DNA from: Clostridia bacterium
GTDB lineage: Bacteria > Bacillota > Clostridia > Oscillospirales > Acutalibacteraceae
NCBI GenBank assembly: GCA_017440965.1
Contig: JAFSGH010000005.1
Location: forward strand, 11,507-75,506
Direction of reading: 5' to 3'
Length of the DNA: 64,000 bases
Part shown: positions 1 to 8,547 of the stretch, piece by piece
How the letters are laid out: each line of letters opens with the position of its first letter
Numbering within the stretch: position 1 is the first letter of the stretch
Notes under the pieces: model-generated
What the model was told of the DNA's origin: nothing
Seen by the model: the letters and a program-made list of their open reading frames with translations, nothing else
Databases searched by the model: none
Program-made: the position numbers and the translations under genes

Positions 1-1313
1 ATTTCACGGGATCTTATTTTTTTTCTGTCCTCCGAAATTATAAACAGGTTTCCCCGTCTTTTTATATATGCACCTATTACGGCAAGCTTTGCAAGTTGCA
101 TTCTTTTGTTTTTTTCATCCGAAGAAGCCAATGCTAACAATTCTTCTGCCTTCAGAAGCTGCGGCGAAATTTCATAAATCAGCTTATTGAACAGACGGTT
201 TTTTTCTTCTGTTTTGGCCTTTTTTTCCTTGAGCTCGTACTCTGCCTGCAAAAGAAAGTTATTTTCACTGAGCTGCTTTTGTGTTTCCTGCAAGGTTTCT
301 ATCAGCTCCGTTATATTTTTTATGTCATCCTGCCAGTAAACATATCCGCCCGATATTTTCTCTGCATTCAGAATATAATCTCCGAGATTCTGCGGTGACG
401 AAACGGCACTTTTCAGAATCTCTCTTGAAAAAACCTCTGATTCTGAGGAACGGACACAGACATTGAAATTACTGTCAGCAATCTGTGCCGTTACACTTGA
501 AATTTCAAAAAGCTTTCTGTAGTTGGTGTTTGTTCTTATAAGACCGCTCTGAATTGCACTTTCAAGAAGAAGTGTAATAAGTGCGCAGTCAACCGCCGTA
601 AGGTCCGCATCAATACCTGTAAAAGCATAAAGACACCAGAAAACCACAGCAATTGCCATAATAGCAATATGCACCCTCTGAAACATACGATTACCGGGTC
701 CCTTACCCTTGAGAAGAAGCTTTACAACAAAATAAAAACCGAGAACGGTAAACCAGCCCGAAGGAATGAAAAAGAGCGGACCGTAAGTATAATCTGAATT
801 AAAATACAATATCCCATTGGGAAAATCAAAAACAAGACGATGAAAATCATTGGTAAAAACAAGCAGGATCACCAACGCCGCAGGTATATAAAACAATCTG
901 AAAAGAGACGGCAGCTTATAATCATCGGATTTTCCGATGTTCATAGTTATAAAAACACCGATAAGCGGAATCAAAATCATCGGTATATAAAAGGCATACC
1001 AGAAGTAACGGGTAAGCGTATCGGTCGTATAAAGGAACTCTATCTTACAGGTTCTTATGACCATCCACCCTATCATAAGAAGACCGACAGCTATAAGCAT
1101 ACTCTTTATCTGCTTACTGACAACTCTCATATAAATTGAAACAGTCCACACTGCCACAAGTGAAATGTGCATAGCATTTCTTATCATAACAAGAAGCGTA
1201 GCTATAAAAAAGTCGTCGATATTGAATGCAACCACTCTGCATACAAAAGCAAACAGCATAATTACGGCAATTATGCTGATATTCCTGATATTTTTCTTCG
1301 ACCTCATTTCCAT
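1..1313 (-). CDS. Polytopic membrane sensor protein, N-terminal part only (the ORF runs off the left edge). A multi-TM input domain is followed by a coiled-coil linker, resembling the 7TM input domain of sensor kinases.
   Basis: It is absent from the ORF track because there is no stop codon in the window. The reverse strand from ATG at 1313 (preceded by GGAGGTGGAGCT) stays open to position 1. It reads MEMRSKKNIRNISIIAVIMLFAF..., with about 7 hydrophobic segments and then LQETQKQLSENNFLLQAEYELKEKKAKTEEKNRLF. No H-box is visible in the part present. The + strand ORFs 281-466, 840-1139 and 1165-1377 are antisense to it. Confidence 0.5.
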   Translation of the reverse strand, partial: MEMRSKKNIRNISIIAVIMLFAFVCRVVAFNIDDFFIATLLVMIRNAMHISLVAVWTVSIYMRVVSKQIKSMLIAVGLLMIGWMVIRTCKIEFLYTTDTLTRYFWYAFYIPMILIPLIGVFITMNIGKSDDYKLPSLFRLFYIPAALVILLVFTNDFHRLVFDFPNGILYFNSDYTYGPLFFIPSGWFTVLGFYFVVKLLLKGKGPGNRMFQRVHIAIMAIAVVFWCLYAFTGIDADLTAVDCALITLLLESAIQSGLIRTNTNYRKLFEISSVTAQIADSNFNVCVRSSESEVFSREILKSAVSSPQNLGDYILNAEKISGGYVYWQDDIKNITELIETLQETQKQLSENNFLLQAEYELKEKKAKTEEKNRLFNKLIYEISPQLLKAEELLALASSDEKNKRMQLAKLAVIGAYIKRRGNLFIISEDRKKIRSRE

Positions 1314-1423
1314 AGCTCCACCTCCTTCAGCTTTATATTACCATAGCAAACAAAATAATTCTATCCACATTTATTAAACAGTAGAGAAATTATATCCTCC
1401 ACTTGACTGCTTTAAGCAGTATT

Positions 1424-2386
1424 TTACCATTTATGTATAACTGAAGGGGATTTCAGGATCTCATCCAGCTTTTTTATAAAGGGGATCAGGTCGTTTGCTC
1501 CGCCGATCTTATGATCGAATACCATTGTAAGCGGCAAAACCTTTTTTGTTCCTTGCTGTAATAAGCCGTTACTGTCCTTGTAATAATACTCGGTATCCTT
1601 GACTCTGCCTGAGGCAAAAAGGAAGACCTGAGGGTATAAGGGAGGAATATATGTGATATTTACATCAAGCTCATCATAAAGCGTTCCCCAGTTTGTGAAG
1701 CAGACTGTTCCTTCGGTGAAATCATCCGCATAAAGTCCGTCATAGGGCTTTTTTGAAGTGTTGACGGTGCGGTATTTTTTCTTGAAGAGCTTTGAGAATT
1801 TTGCGATCTTGCCCTTGCCGAAATAGGCAGATATGAACTGAGATACGGTTGAAATAATCTTGCCCTTTGATGCAAGCCCCAGCATCCTCTGCCCGCCAAC
1901 CTTAAACATAACTCTCTTAAGATTTGTGTTCAGAAGCTTTCTTTTTATCTCTTCCATTTCAAAGGCAGTCTCCTGAAGATTCTTTTCCTCAAGATGCTTT
2001 GCCTTTATCTGAAAGGTCTCGCCTGAGTCAAGACATACCGCCACAGAAACATCTATATGCTTTTTAATTATCAACCGTCCGCTTGTTGCACGGTGGTTAT
2101 ATTCAAAATGTGCGTTCAGCCTCGGTGCTGCCTTCAGGCATTCGGTAAGAATTTTCAAAAGCATGGTATTAAAAGTGAGCTTGTAGCCGCAATTCTGCTT
2201 CAGCTTATTGAATTCCTCCAAGAGCTTTGTTACATCTGCCTCATAGGTACAGGATGTGCCGGGAATATCTCTTTGAGAATTGACGAGAACATTTGATGTA
2301 AGGCGGTCCCGTATAGTCATGTATTCAATCCTGTCACCCTCTTCAGGGGCAAGAGCCGCTTTTTTGATATAATCCTTAAAACTCAT
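1424..2386 (-). CDS. Free-standing 2-oxoacid dehydrogenase E2-type acyltransferase catalytic domain (CAT-like fold), with no lipoyl or subunit-binding domain
   Basis: The 320-aa protein has a C-terminal MVFDHKIGGANDL motif that matches the DHRxxDG catalytic His motif of E2/CAT acyltransferases. Its length corresponds to the catalytic domain alone. Confidence 0.6.
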   Translation of the reverse strand: MSFKDYIKKAALAPEEGDRIEYMTIRDRLTSNVLVNSQRDIPGTSCTYEADVTKLLEEFNKLKQNCGYKLTFNTMLLKILTECLKAAPRLNAHFEYNHRATSGRLIIKKHIDVSVAVCLDSGETFQIKAKHLEEKNLQETAFEMEEIKRKLLNTNLKRVMFKVGGQRMLGLASKGKIISTVSQFISAYFGKGKIAKFSKLFKKKYRTVNTSKKPYDGLYADDFTEGTVCFTNWGTLYDELDVNITYIPPLYPQVFLFASGRVKDTEYYYKDSNGLLQQGTKKVLPLTMVFDHKIGGANDLIPFIKKLDEILKSPSVIHKW

Positions 2387-2616
2387 AGTATCTCCTGCTT
2401 TTTACATTATATATTTCTTAGGAAAGAACAAGCCTTATCCGAAGAAAACAGCGCCGAAGAAAACGACGAATATTTTTTTGTGTTATTGAAAAAAGGGTAA
2501 CATATATTCTTTTTCTTGTCAATAATGCTAAGTCTTAAGATAGGTGAAAAAATATGTCTTGTGAATTTTTCTGCAGTATGGTATAATTATAAAAATTGTG
2601 ACACGGAGGGGATCAG

Positions 2617-3318
2617 ATGGTTGCTGCAGCCGTTCTCGCAGGCGGAAAAGGAACACGTATGGGCGGTGCTTTGCCGAAGCAGTTTCTGGAGATCGGTGAA
2701 ATGCCCGTTATTATAAGAAGCATAAAAGCTTTTGTGAATTCTCCCGAGGTGGATATTGTAATTGTCAGTGTCTCAGCGGAATATAAGACTTATACTGCAG
2801 AGCTTATAGAAAAGCATATAGTCACCGATAAGGGGATCATAGTCATTGAAGGCGGGGCATCCAGAGGAGATACTCTTTACGGTGTGCTGAAGTTTATGAA
2901 GGCAAGGAATATCCTGAAGGACAGTATCGTACTGACTCACGATGCAGTAAGACCGTTTATTAATGAAAGAATAATAAGAGAAAATATCAATGCGGCAAGA
3001 AAATACGGTGCCTGCAATACCTGTATTTCTGCGGTAGATACGATATTTATAAGCTCAGACGGAAAATTTATAAGCTCCGTGCCTGACAGAAGCACTGTTT
3101 TTCACGCTCAGACGCCTCAGAGCTTTGATGCTGAAAAGCTTCTGATCCTCATTGAAAACACTCCTGAAGAGATTTTCCAAACTCTTACCGACGGTTGCTC
3201 CGTTTTTTCCTACCACGAAGAAAAGGTCGCAATCGTTGAAGGAGAGACCTACAATATAAAGATAACTTATCCCGAGGATATAAAGCGGGCTGAGAATATA
3301 ATTAAAGAAAACTTTTGA
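2617..3318 (+). CDS. IspD/TarI-family cytidylyltransferase (MEP or ribitol-5-phosphate cytidylyltransferase)
   Basis: The N-terminus AAVLAGGKGTRMGGALPKQFL is the nucleotidyltransferase P-loop-like signature, and THDAVRPF follows later. The protein is 233 aa. The gene sits next to a GT2 gene rather than ispF. Confidence 0.8.
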   Translation: MVAAAVLAGGKGTRMGGALPKQFLEIGEMPVIIRSIKAFVNSPEVDIVIVSVSAEYKTYTAELIEKHIVTDKGIIVIEGGASRGDTLYGVLKFMKARNILKDSIVLTHDAVRPFINERIIRENINAARKYGACNTCISAVDTIFISSDGKFISSVPDRSTVFHAQTPQSFDAEKLLILIENTPEEIFQTLTDGCSVFSYHEEKVAIVEGETYNIKITYPEDIKRAENIIKENF

Positions 3319-3336
3319 TGAAGGACGAATTGAAGT

Positions 3337-4698
3337 ATGGCAACTCTTACCGTAATAGTAACGGCATTTCATGATGCTGAAAAGCTTAAATATACATTTG
3401 AAGGTCTTGTGGAGCAGACAAATGAGAATTTTGATGTAATTATCGTTGATACGGGCTGTGATATGGAAGCAAAGGCTGTAATCAGGGATTATTGCACTGA
3501 ATTTGTGGGCTTTGAGACCTTTGAGATACCACACTGCCTTATTCCCGATGCGCGCAATGAGGGCGTGAAACGGGCAAAAGGCGAGCTTGTTTATTTTGTT
3601 GACGGCGGTGACTATCTTGCCCCCGATACCGTAGACTCTATTCTTAAAGCGGCAGATGAGACTAAGGCTGATATCTTTTCTCCGAGATATTATGTGTCGG
3701 GCGAAAATGAGCCTTATTATGACAGCTGGATGGATATGCTTGCAACCGTTCCCGATATTGACCGCTTTGACAGAGCGCTTCTCAACACCCTTGATAATGA
3801 CGGAAGAGTGTTCAGAAAGAAATTCTTTGATCTTTATTCTGTTTATTTTCCCTCAACTCCCGTTTTTTATAACGCGGCATTTATAATCAAATGTATCTTT
3901 GGCTGTGATGCCTCCGTTACCGGTGTTGCAGGAGCTATCTATGCAAAAAGAAGCGGAATATACAGTGACGGCTTCCCCGAAAGAGGAGAGCCCTCAGAAA
4001 AGAATCTTGATGTGCTCATTTCCGTTTATGAGGAAGCATATACCAATATCAAAAGCATTATTGAAGAGGAAACAGGCTCTGTTGACGGCGATGAATACAC
4101 GATACAGGAGATACTTACCGTTTATTTTGAAGAGCTTACAAACAGATTTTACAGGTATTTCTGGTATCTTACCGATGAGACACTTGAGAAACTGAGAAAT
4201 AAATATGAGGCTATTTCCGCTCTTCTTACAGAGGAGAGAAGAAATAAGATATATAATAGCTTTTCAGATCTCAGATTCCCGCAGATGTATATTACAAGAG
4301 CTGATGCGGCAAATATGCCTTTATTCAGTATCCTTGCAGATCTGTCTGATAATGATCAGCTTGATGAATTTATCGATTCTCTCTTTACTCAGAAATTCCC
4401 GTTCTTTGAGCTGTTTGTAAAGAGTAGTGCGGCAGAAGATCCCTCCTTTCCCGAGAAATGGAGAAATGTAGAAAATATCATAGTTCTGCCGGATGAGGGC
4501 TTTTATCAGAAGGCAAGAGCTCAGGCGAGCGGGATTACCATTAATGTTAAGGATCCTACACCTCTTGATCCGAGAATACTCTCCGAGCTTTCCGTGACAA
4601 AAGCACCGAAATCATTTATTCAATACATATTCTCAAGCAAACGCAAGCAGTACTCTGCAAAATCATATCTCAAGAGAAAAGGCCTTGCAATGCAATAA
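3337..4698 (+). CDS. Family 2 glycosyltransferase with a long C-terminal extension
   Basis: The N-terminus LTVIVTAFHDAEKLKYTFEGLVEQTNENFDVIIVDTGCD and the downstream FVDGGD (DxD-like) motif are typical of the GT-A/GT2 fold. About 250 further residues have no motif I recognise. Confidence 0.7.
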   Translation: MATLTVIVTAFHDAEKLKYTFEGLVEQTNENFDVIIVDTGCDMEAKAVIRDYCTEFVGFETFEIPHCLIPDARNEGVKRAKGELVYFVDGGDYLAPDTVDSILKAADETKADIFSPRYYVSGENEPYYDSWMDMLATVPDIDRFDRALLNTLDNDGRVFRKKFFDLYSVYFPSTPVFYNAAFIIKCIFGCDASVTGVAGAIYAKRSGIYSDGFPERGEPSEKNLDVLISVYEEAYTNIKSIIEEETGSVDGDEYTIQEILTVYFEELTNRFYRYFWYLTDETLEKLRNKYEAISALLTEERRNKIYNSFSDLRFPQMYITRADAANMPLFSILADLSDNDQLDEFIDSLFTQKFPFFELFVKSSAAEDPSFPEKWRNVENIIVLPDEGFYQKARAQASGITINVKDPTPLDPRILSELSVTKAPKSFIQYIFSSKRKQYSAKSYLKRKGLAMQ

Positions 4699-4711
4699 TG
4701 AGTAAAATAAA

Positions 4712-4746
4712 AAGGAAAGACATTTATGCAGTGTCTTTCCTTTTGA
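4712..4746 (+). terminator. Intrinsic terminator after the GT2 gene
   Basis: The stem GGAAAGACA (4714-4722) pairs with TGTCTTTCC (4732-4740) and is followed by TTTT. Confidence 0.7.
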
Positions 4747-4833
4747 TTATTATATGCAGTTTTTTCTGATAATATAAACGAAAACTGCCCTGTTATCCGT
4801 AAGAGGGCAACAGGGCAAGAGCTGAATTTAATT

Positions 4834-5424
4834 TCAGAAATATCTGATAAGCGAAATGACCTTTCCGAGCACTATGACCTCATCAGATATTATCGGTGCA
4901 TAGTCGTCATTTTCAGGCTGAAGGCGGAAATGTCCGTCCTCCTTATAAAATCTTTTTACCGTTGCCTCATCCTCAAGCAGAGCGACAACGATATCACCGT
5001 TTGCCGCCACAGGAGTTTTTTCGGCAATTATTATATCTCCGCTGAGAATGCCGCATTTTATCATACTGTCGCCTTTGACCTTAAGTGCAAAAAGAGGCTT
5101 GTCATTATTTTCGTTTCCCGAAAACGGCACATAGCCTTCGATTGCTTCAACAGCGAGTATGGGCATACCTGCAGTTACTGTTCCGATAAGAGGAACCTGT
5201 GTGACATTATTTTCCTGACCTCTTACACGGATAGATCTTTTAAGCATAGGATCTCTTTCTATATATCCTGCAGCCTCAAGAGCGTCAAGATTGCTCTGTA
5301 CGGAAGAGGTGGACTTAAGACCTACAGCTGCACATATTTCTCTTACTGTCGGGGGCACTCCGTTCTGAGAACGTTCTGCGAGGAATTCATAAATTTTTCG
5401 CTGAGTACTGTTCAATTCTTTCAT
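4834..5424 (-). CDS. lexA: LexA SOS repressor
   Basis: The protein has a winged-helix N-terminus (REICAAVGLKSTSSVQSNLDALEAAGYIERD), an Ala-Gly cleavage-site context (VTAGMP), and S24 peptidase Ser (KGDSM) and Lys (TVKRF) motifs. I chose the start at the internal ATG 5424, which has GGAGGT 7 nt upstream, rather than the ORF-track start at 5541. Confidence 0.93.
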   Translation of the reverse strand: MKELNSTQRKIYEFLAERSQNGVPPTVREICAAVGLKSTSSVQSNLDALEAAGYIERDPMLKRSIRVRGQENNVTQVPLIGTVTAGMPILAVEAIEGYVPFSGNENNDKPLFALKVKGDSMIKCGILSGDIIIAEKTPVAANGDIVVALLEDEATVKRFYKEDGHFRLQPENDDYAPIISDEVIVLGKVISLIRYF

Positions 5425-5454
5425 ATTTACCTCCGAAAATATTATTTCACCAAC

Positions 5455-5483
5455 AGTATAGCACAAATGTTCAGAAAAAGCAA
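5455..5483 (-). promoter_or_regulatory. lexA promoter (-35 TTGCTT, 17-nt spacer, -10 TATACT)
   Basis: The reverse strand reads TTGCTT tttctgaacatttgtgc TATACT, about 30 nt upstream of the lexA start. Confidence 0.6.
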
Positions 5484-5494
5484 ACATTTGTTTG
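5461..5494. promoter_or_regulatory. Two LexA-box-like operators (Gram-positive GAAC-N4-GTTC type)
   Basis: GCACAAATGTTC (5461-5472, one mismatch to GAACN4GTTC) lies in the promoter spacer. CAAACATTTGTTTG (5481-5494, perfect 6-bp inverted arms) overlaps the -35. Confidence 0.6.
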
Positions 5495-5564
5495 TATTTT
5501 TTTAGATTTTTTTTCGGAATATTTTTGCAGAGTAAGGACAAAATTCTTATAGGAGGTAATTTGT

Positions 5565-6314
5565 ATGATAAATGATGAAAATAAAAGAAGTATTAAACAG
5601 ATGTTAAAAAGCAACGGCTTATATTTTGCATTGGGACTTTGCCTGCTTGCTGCCGCAGTTGTGGGATTTTCTGCGGCCGACAGTATGAAGCTTCCTTCAG
5701 GGACAGATATTACCACAAGTCCCGTTGCGGATAACAGCGAGGAAAATGAGATCAAAATTCCCGAAATAGAGGAGCCGACGGAGTATTTTGCGGAGATAGC
5801 AATAGATGAATTTACTACACTCGCTCAGGAGGAGCCTTCCACGCAAGCTGTTTTTGATAACAGTGCAGAGCCGCTTAATGAGGAAACAACGGTAAATGAG
5901 GTCATTTTTTCTGTACCCCTGTCTCTTTCAATGGGAAAGGATTTCAGCAGAGGTATACCTGTATTTTCTCAAACTATGAATGATTACCGTACGCATAACG
6001 GAGTTGACTTTAAGGGCGTTAAGGGTGAAAGCGTAAAAACTGTTGCAGAGGGCACGGTGATCTCAGTTGAAAAGGACGCTGTATGGGGCAATACCGTAGC
6101 CGTAGATCACGGGAACGGGATAGTGTCATATATTTCGGGACTTGCCGATGAAGCACTTGTTACGGCGGGAGCTACGCTTTATTCCGATACTGTGATAGGT
6201 GTAGTAGGAACTGTTCCTATAGAAAGCGGAGAGGACAGCCATATTCATCTCGAGATAAGAGCAAACGGTGAATTGGTAGATCCCCTTGAGATCTTAGGCC
6301 TTTCGGGGGAATAG
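5565..6314 (+). CDS. Membrane-anchored M23 (LytM-domain) metallopeptidase; possibly SpoIIQ-like
   Basis: The protein has an N-terminal TM segment (LYFALGLCLLAAAVVGF), an acidic linker, and a LytM domain with intact HxxxD (HNGVD) and HxH (HIHLE) zinc motifs. A GGAGGT RBS precedes the ATG. Confidence 0.8.
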   Translation: MINDENKRSIKQMLKSNGLYFALGLCLLAAAVVGFSAADSMKLPSGTDITTSPVADNSEENEIKIPEIEEPTEYFAEIAIDEFTTLAQEEPSTQAVFDNSAEPLNEETTVNEVIFSVPLSLSMGKDFSRGIPVFSQTMNDYRTHNGVDFKGVKGESVKTVAEGTVISVEKDAVWGNTVAVDHGNGIVSYISGLADEALVTAGATLYSDTVIGVVGTVPIESGEDSHIHLEIRANGELVDPLEILGLSGE

Positions 6315-6891
6315 TTTAAGTTTCAGCAATAAATTGAAAATGAAACTCTTTTCGGCACAGTCTGATAATGCAGTGTTTTAAGTAATGTGCCGGGCAGTGC
6401 CGAATCTGAGTTCGCTCTGACGGGCAAGAAAGTTCTGTACGGCAGTGAAGTTACTTCATAGTGAAGTTTGCTTTGCAAGTGTTTCTATTCAAACTAAACT
6501 TCACTTTTGCCGAAAAGGCAAATATTTCACTGTGATCTGTTGCAACTTCACTTCAAACCGTAGGTTTGATCCATCACAAAAAAGATACCACCCGAAAAAG
6601 AATGTTTTGTTCTTTTTCGGGATCTCTGAGCGGATCACAGTATATCGTTCCGTCTGTATTATATTTTGAAACATCATTTACAAGCTGGAAGGCTATGAGT
6701 GCTGATGCCGCTAAAATATGTGATGAAAAAACTCAGACCATGCTTAAGACGGAATATTATGCATATTATGCAGGAATCTGAACAAAGACATATCGTCTGA
6801 AAATCGAATAGAAAAAAGAACCGGAGACAGTGTCAATGCCACTTATTAAGGACATTGAAGATATCTTCGGTTCTTATTTTTTTTGTGTTAT

Positions 6892-7830
6892 TCAGTTTTT
6901 TCTTTTGACCAGCTTATTCTGAATTTGCTCGCTGAACTGAGATACTATTATTGCGGCGAACATTATTATGCAGCCTGCGATCTCTCTTTCGGTCAGTGCC
7001 TCTTTAAGGAATATCACGCCGCAGAGGACACCGAAAACGGATTCAAGGCACATAATGAGGGAGGCGACTGTTGATTCTGTATATTTTTGTCCCACTACCT
7101 GGAAGGTGTATGCAAGACCGCAGCTCATTATTCCCGAATAAAGAAGGGGGAGTATACTGCTGTTGATTCCCGATATTGTAGGCTCTTCAAAAATAAACAT
7201 AAGGATAACAGTAATAGTGCCTGATACAAGAAACTGGGTAAATGAGAGCTTTATTGTATCGTTATCCTCAGCAAACTTTTCAATAACAAGAATATGAACG
7301 GCATAAAAAACAGCACAGATAAAGGAGAGGATATCACTTTTTGTTATTGCGGAAAAGCCTTCTTCTCCCACGCAGAGAAAATAAAGTCCCAGCGTGCCGA
7401 CAGCCACTGAAAGCCAGGTTATGATCGGCACCTTCTTTTTTATAAGAAGTCCGAGAAGCGGTACGAAAAACATATAAAAGGCTGTAATAAAGGCAATTTT
7501 TCCTGCACTGTGGTCGGGATAGCTAAAGGCATATTGCTGAAAATTGCTTGCAATACAAAGGGCAATACCCATAGCAGTGCCGCCGATGAGGATTTTTCTT
7601 GTGTTGCTTTTTACCTTGTCTCTTGACGGCTTTCCGTATTTTTTTAATGTGATAAGATCCTTTATCAGTACCACGGGAAGAAGCGTTGCCGCCCCTAAAA
7701 GAGTTCTTACTCCGTTGAAGGTAAAGGATTCAACATTTGCCATTCCTACGGATTGTGCAACAAAGGATGATCCCCATATAAACGCTGTTAAAAACAGCAG
7801 TAAAACGCCCTTAAGCTGTGTCTTTTGCAT
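6892..7830 (-). CDS. EamA/DMT-family transporter
   Basis: About 10 TM segments form two EamA-like halves. The start was chosen at MQKTQLKG, which has GAGG 9 nt upstream. The ORF-track start at 7845 is an alternative. Confidence 0.75.
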   Translation of the reverse strand: MQKTQLKGVLLLFLTAFIWGSSFVAQSVGMANVESFTFNGVRTLLGAATLLPVVLIKDLITLKKYGKPSRDKVKSNTRKILIGGTAMGIALCIASNFQQYAFSYPDHSAGKIAFITAFYMFFVPLLGLLIKKKVPIITWLSVAVGTLGLYFLCVGEEGFSAITKSDILSFICAVFYAVHILVIEKFAEDNDTIKLSFTQFLVSGTITVILMFIFEEPTISGINSSILPLLYSGIMSCGLAYTFQVVGQKYTESTVASLIMCLESVFGVLCGVIFLKEALTEREIAGCIIMFAAIIVSQFSEQIQNKLVKRKN

Positions 7831-7890
7831 GAAAACTAACCTCATTTTTCATCATCTGAAAAGTAAGGTTATCATAAGAAAAGAGTATTG

Positions 7891-8547
7891 TCAAGACAGC
7901 ATTTTTCTCAGCTTGCCGAGTATAGCTTTTTCCTTTCTTGATACCTGCACCTGAGAAAGCCCCAGGTGCTGAGCAGTTACACTTTGTGTAAGCCCCTTAA
8001 AGTATCTCAGCTGTATTATTTTCTGCTCATTTTCTTCAAGAGAATTCAGAGCCTTCCTGAGATCAAGCCTTTCGGAAAGCTTTTCATCGGGAGCATCTAT
8101 CGGAATGTCTGTCTGAGAATCATCATCTTCCTGAGTAAGAGAGATAACAGGCAGACAGGCACTTATAAGAGAGGCAGCTTCTGAAATATCCATTCCTGCC
8201 TTTTCTGCGATTTCCGTAATGGTAGGCTCTTTACCTGAAATAGCGGCAAGCTCATCCTTGACATTAAGAAGCTGACGCGCCTTTTCCTTTGCCGCACGGC
8301 CTATTTTTACCGCACCGCCGTCACGGAAGATCCTTCGTATTTCCCCTAATATGGCAGGTACGGCATAGGTAGAGAATTTGAAGCCCTTGTCAGGATCAAA
8401 GCCTGCCGCAGCTTTTATAAGACCTACGCAGCCTGCCTGAAAAAGATCCTCGTATTCCACACCTCTGCCCTTGAATCTGTTGGCACAGGAATGAACAAGA
8501 CCGATATTTTCGGTCACAAGAGTGTTGTTAAGAGATATTTCCGGCAT
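7891..8547 (-). CDS. sigF: Sporulation sigma factor SigF (short form)
   Basis: Sigma-70 region 2 (DLFQAGCVGLIKAAAGFDPDKGFKFSTYAVPAILGEIRR) and region 4 (LGLSQVQVSRKEKAILGKLR) are present. The gene is third in a spoIIAA-spoIIAB-sigF arrangement and overlaps the spoIIAB stop by 1 nt. Confidence 0.88.
   Translation of the reverse strand: MPEISLNNTLVTENIGLVHSCANRFKGRGVEYEDLFQAGCVGLIKAAAGFDPDKGFKFSTYAVPAILGEIRRIFRDGGAVKIGRAAKEKARQLLNVKDELAAISGKEPTITEIAEKAGMDISEAASLISACLPVISLTQEDDDSQTDIPIDAPDEKLSERLDLRKALNSLEENEQKIIQLRYFKGLTQSVTAQHLGLSQVQVSRKEKAILGKLRKMLS

Noticed and set aside
1357-1366. DnaA-box-like CTATCCACA
   Set aside because: It is a single 8/9 match in an intergenic spacer with no cluster of boxes and no AT-rich unwinding element, so it is insufficient to call an origin.
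6445-6781. ORFs 6445-6669 (74 aa) and 6566-6781 (71 aa) in the M23-EamA gap
   Set aside because: They overlap each other and span the inverted repeats and terminator hairpins. They also lack convincing RBSs. A peptide of about 28 aa from the internal ATG near 6695 (MSADAAKICDEKTQTMLKTEYYAYYAGI) cannot be excluded, but its GGAAGG lies only 3 nt from the ATG.
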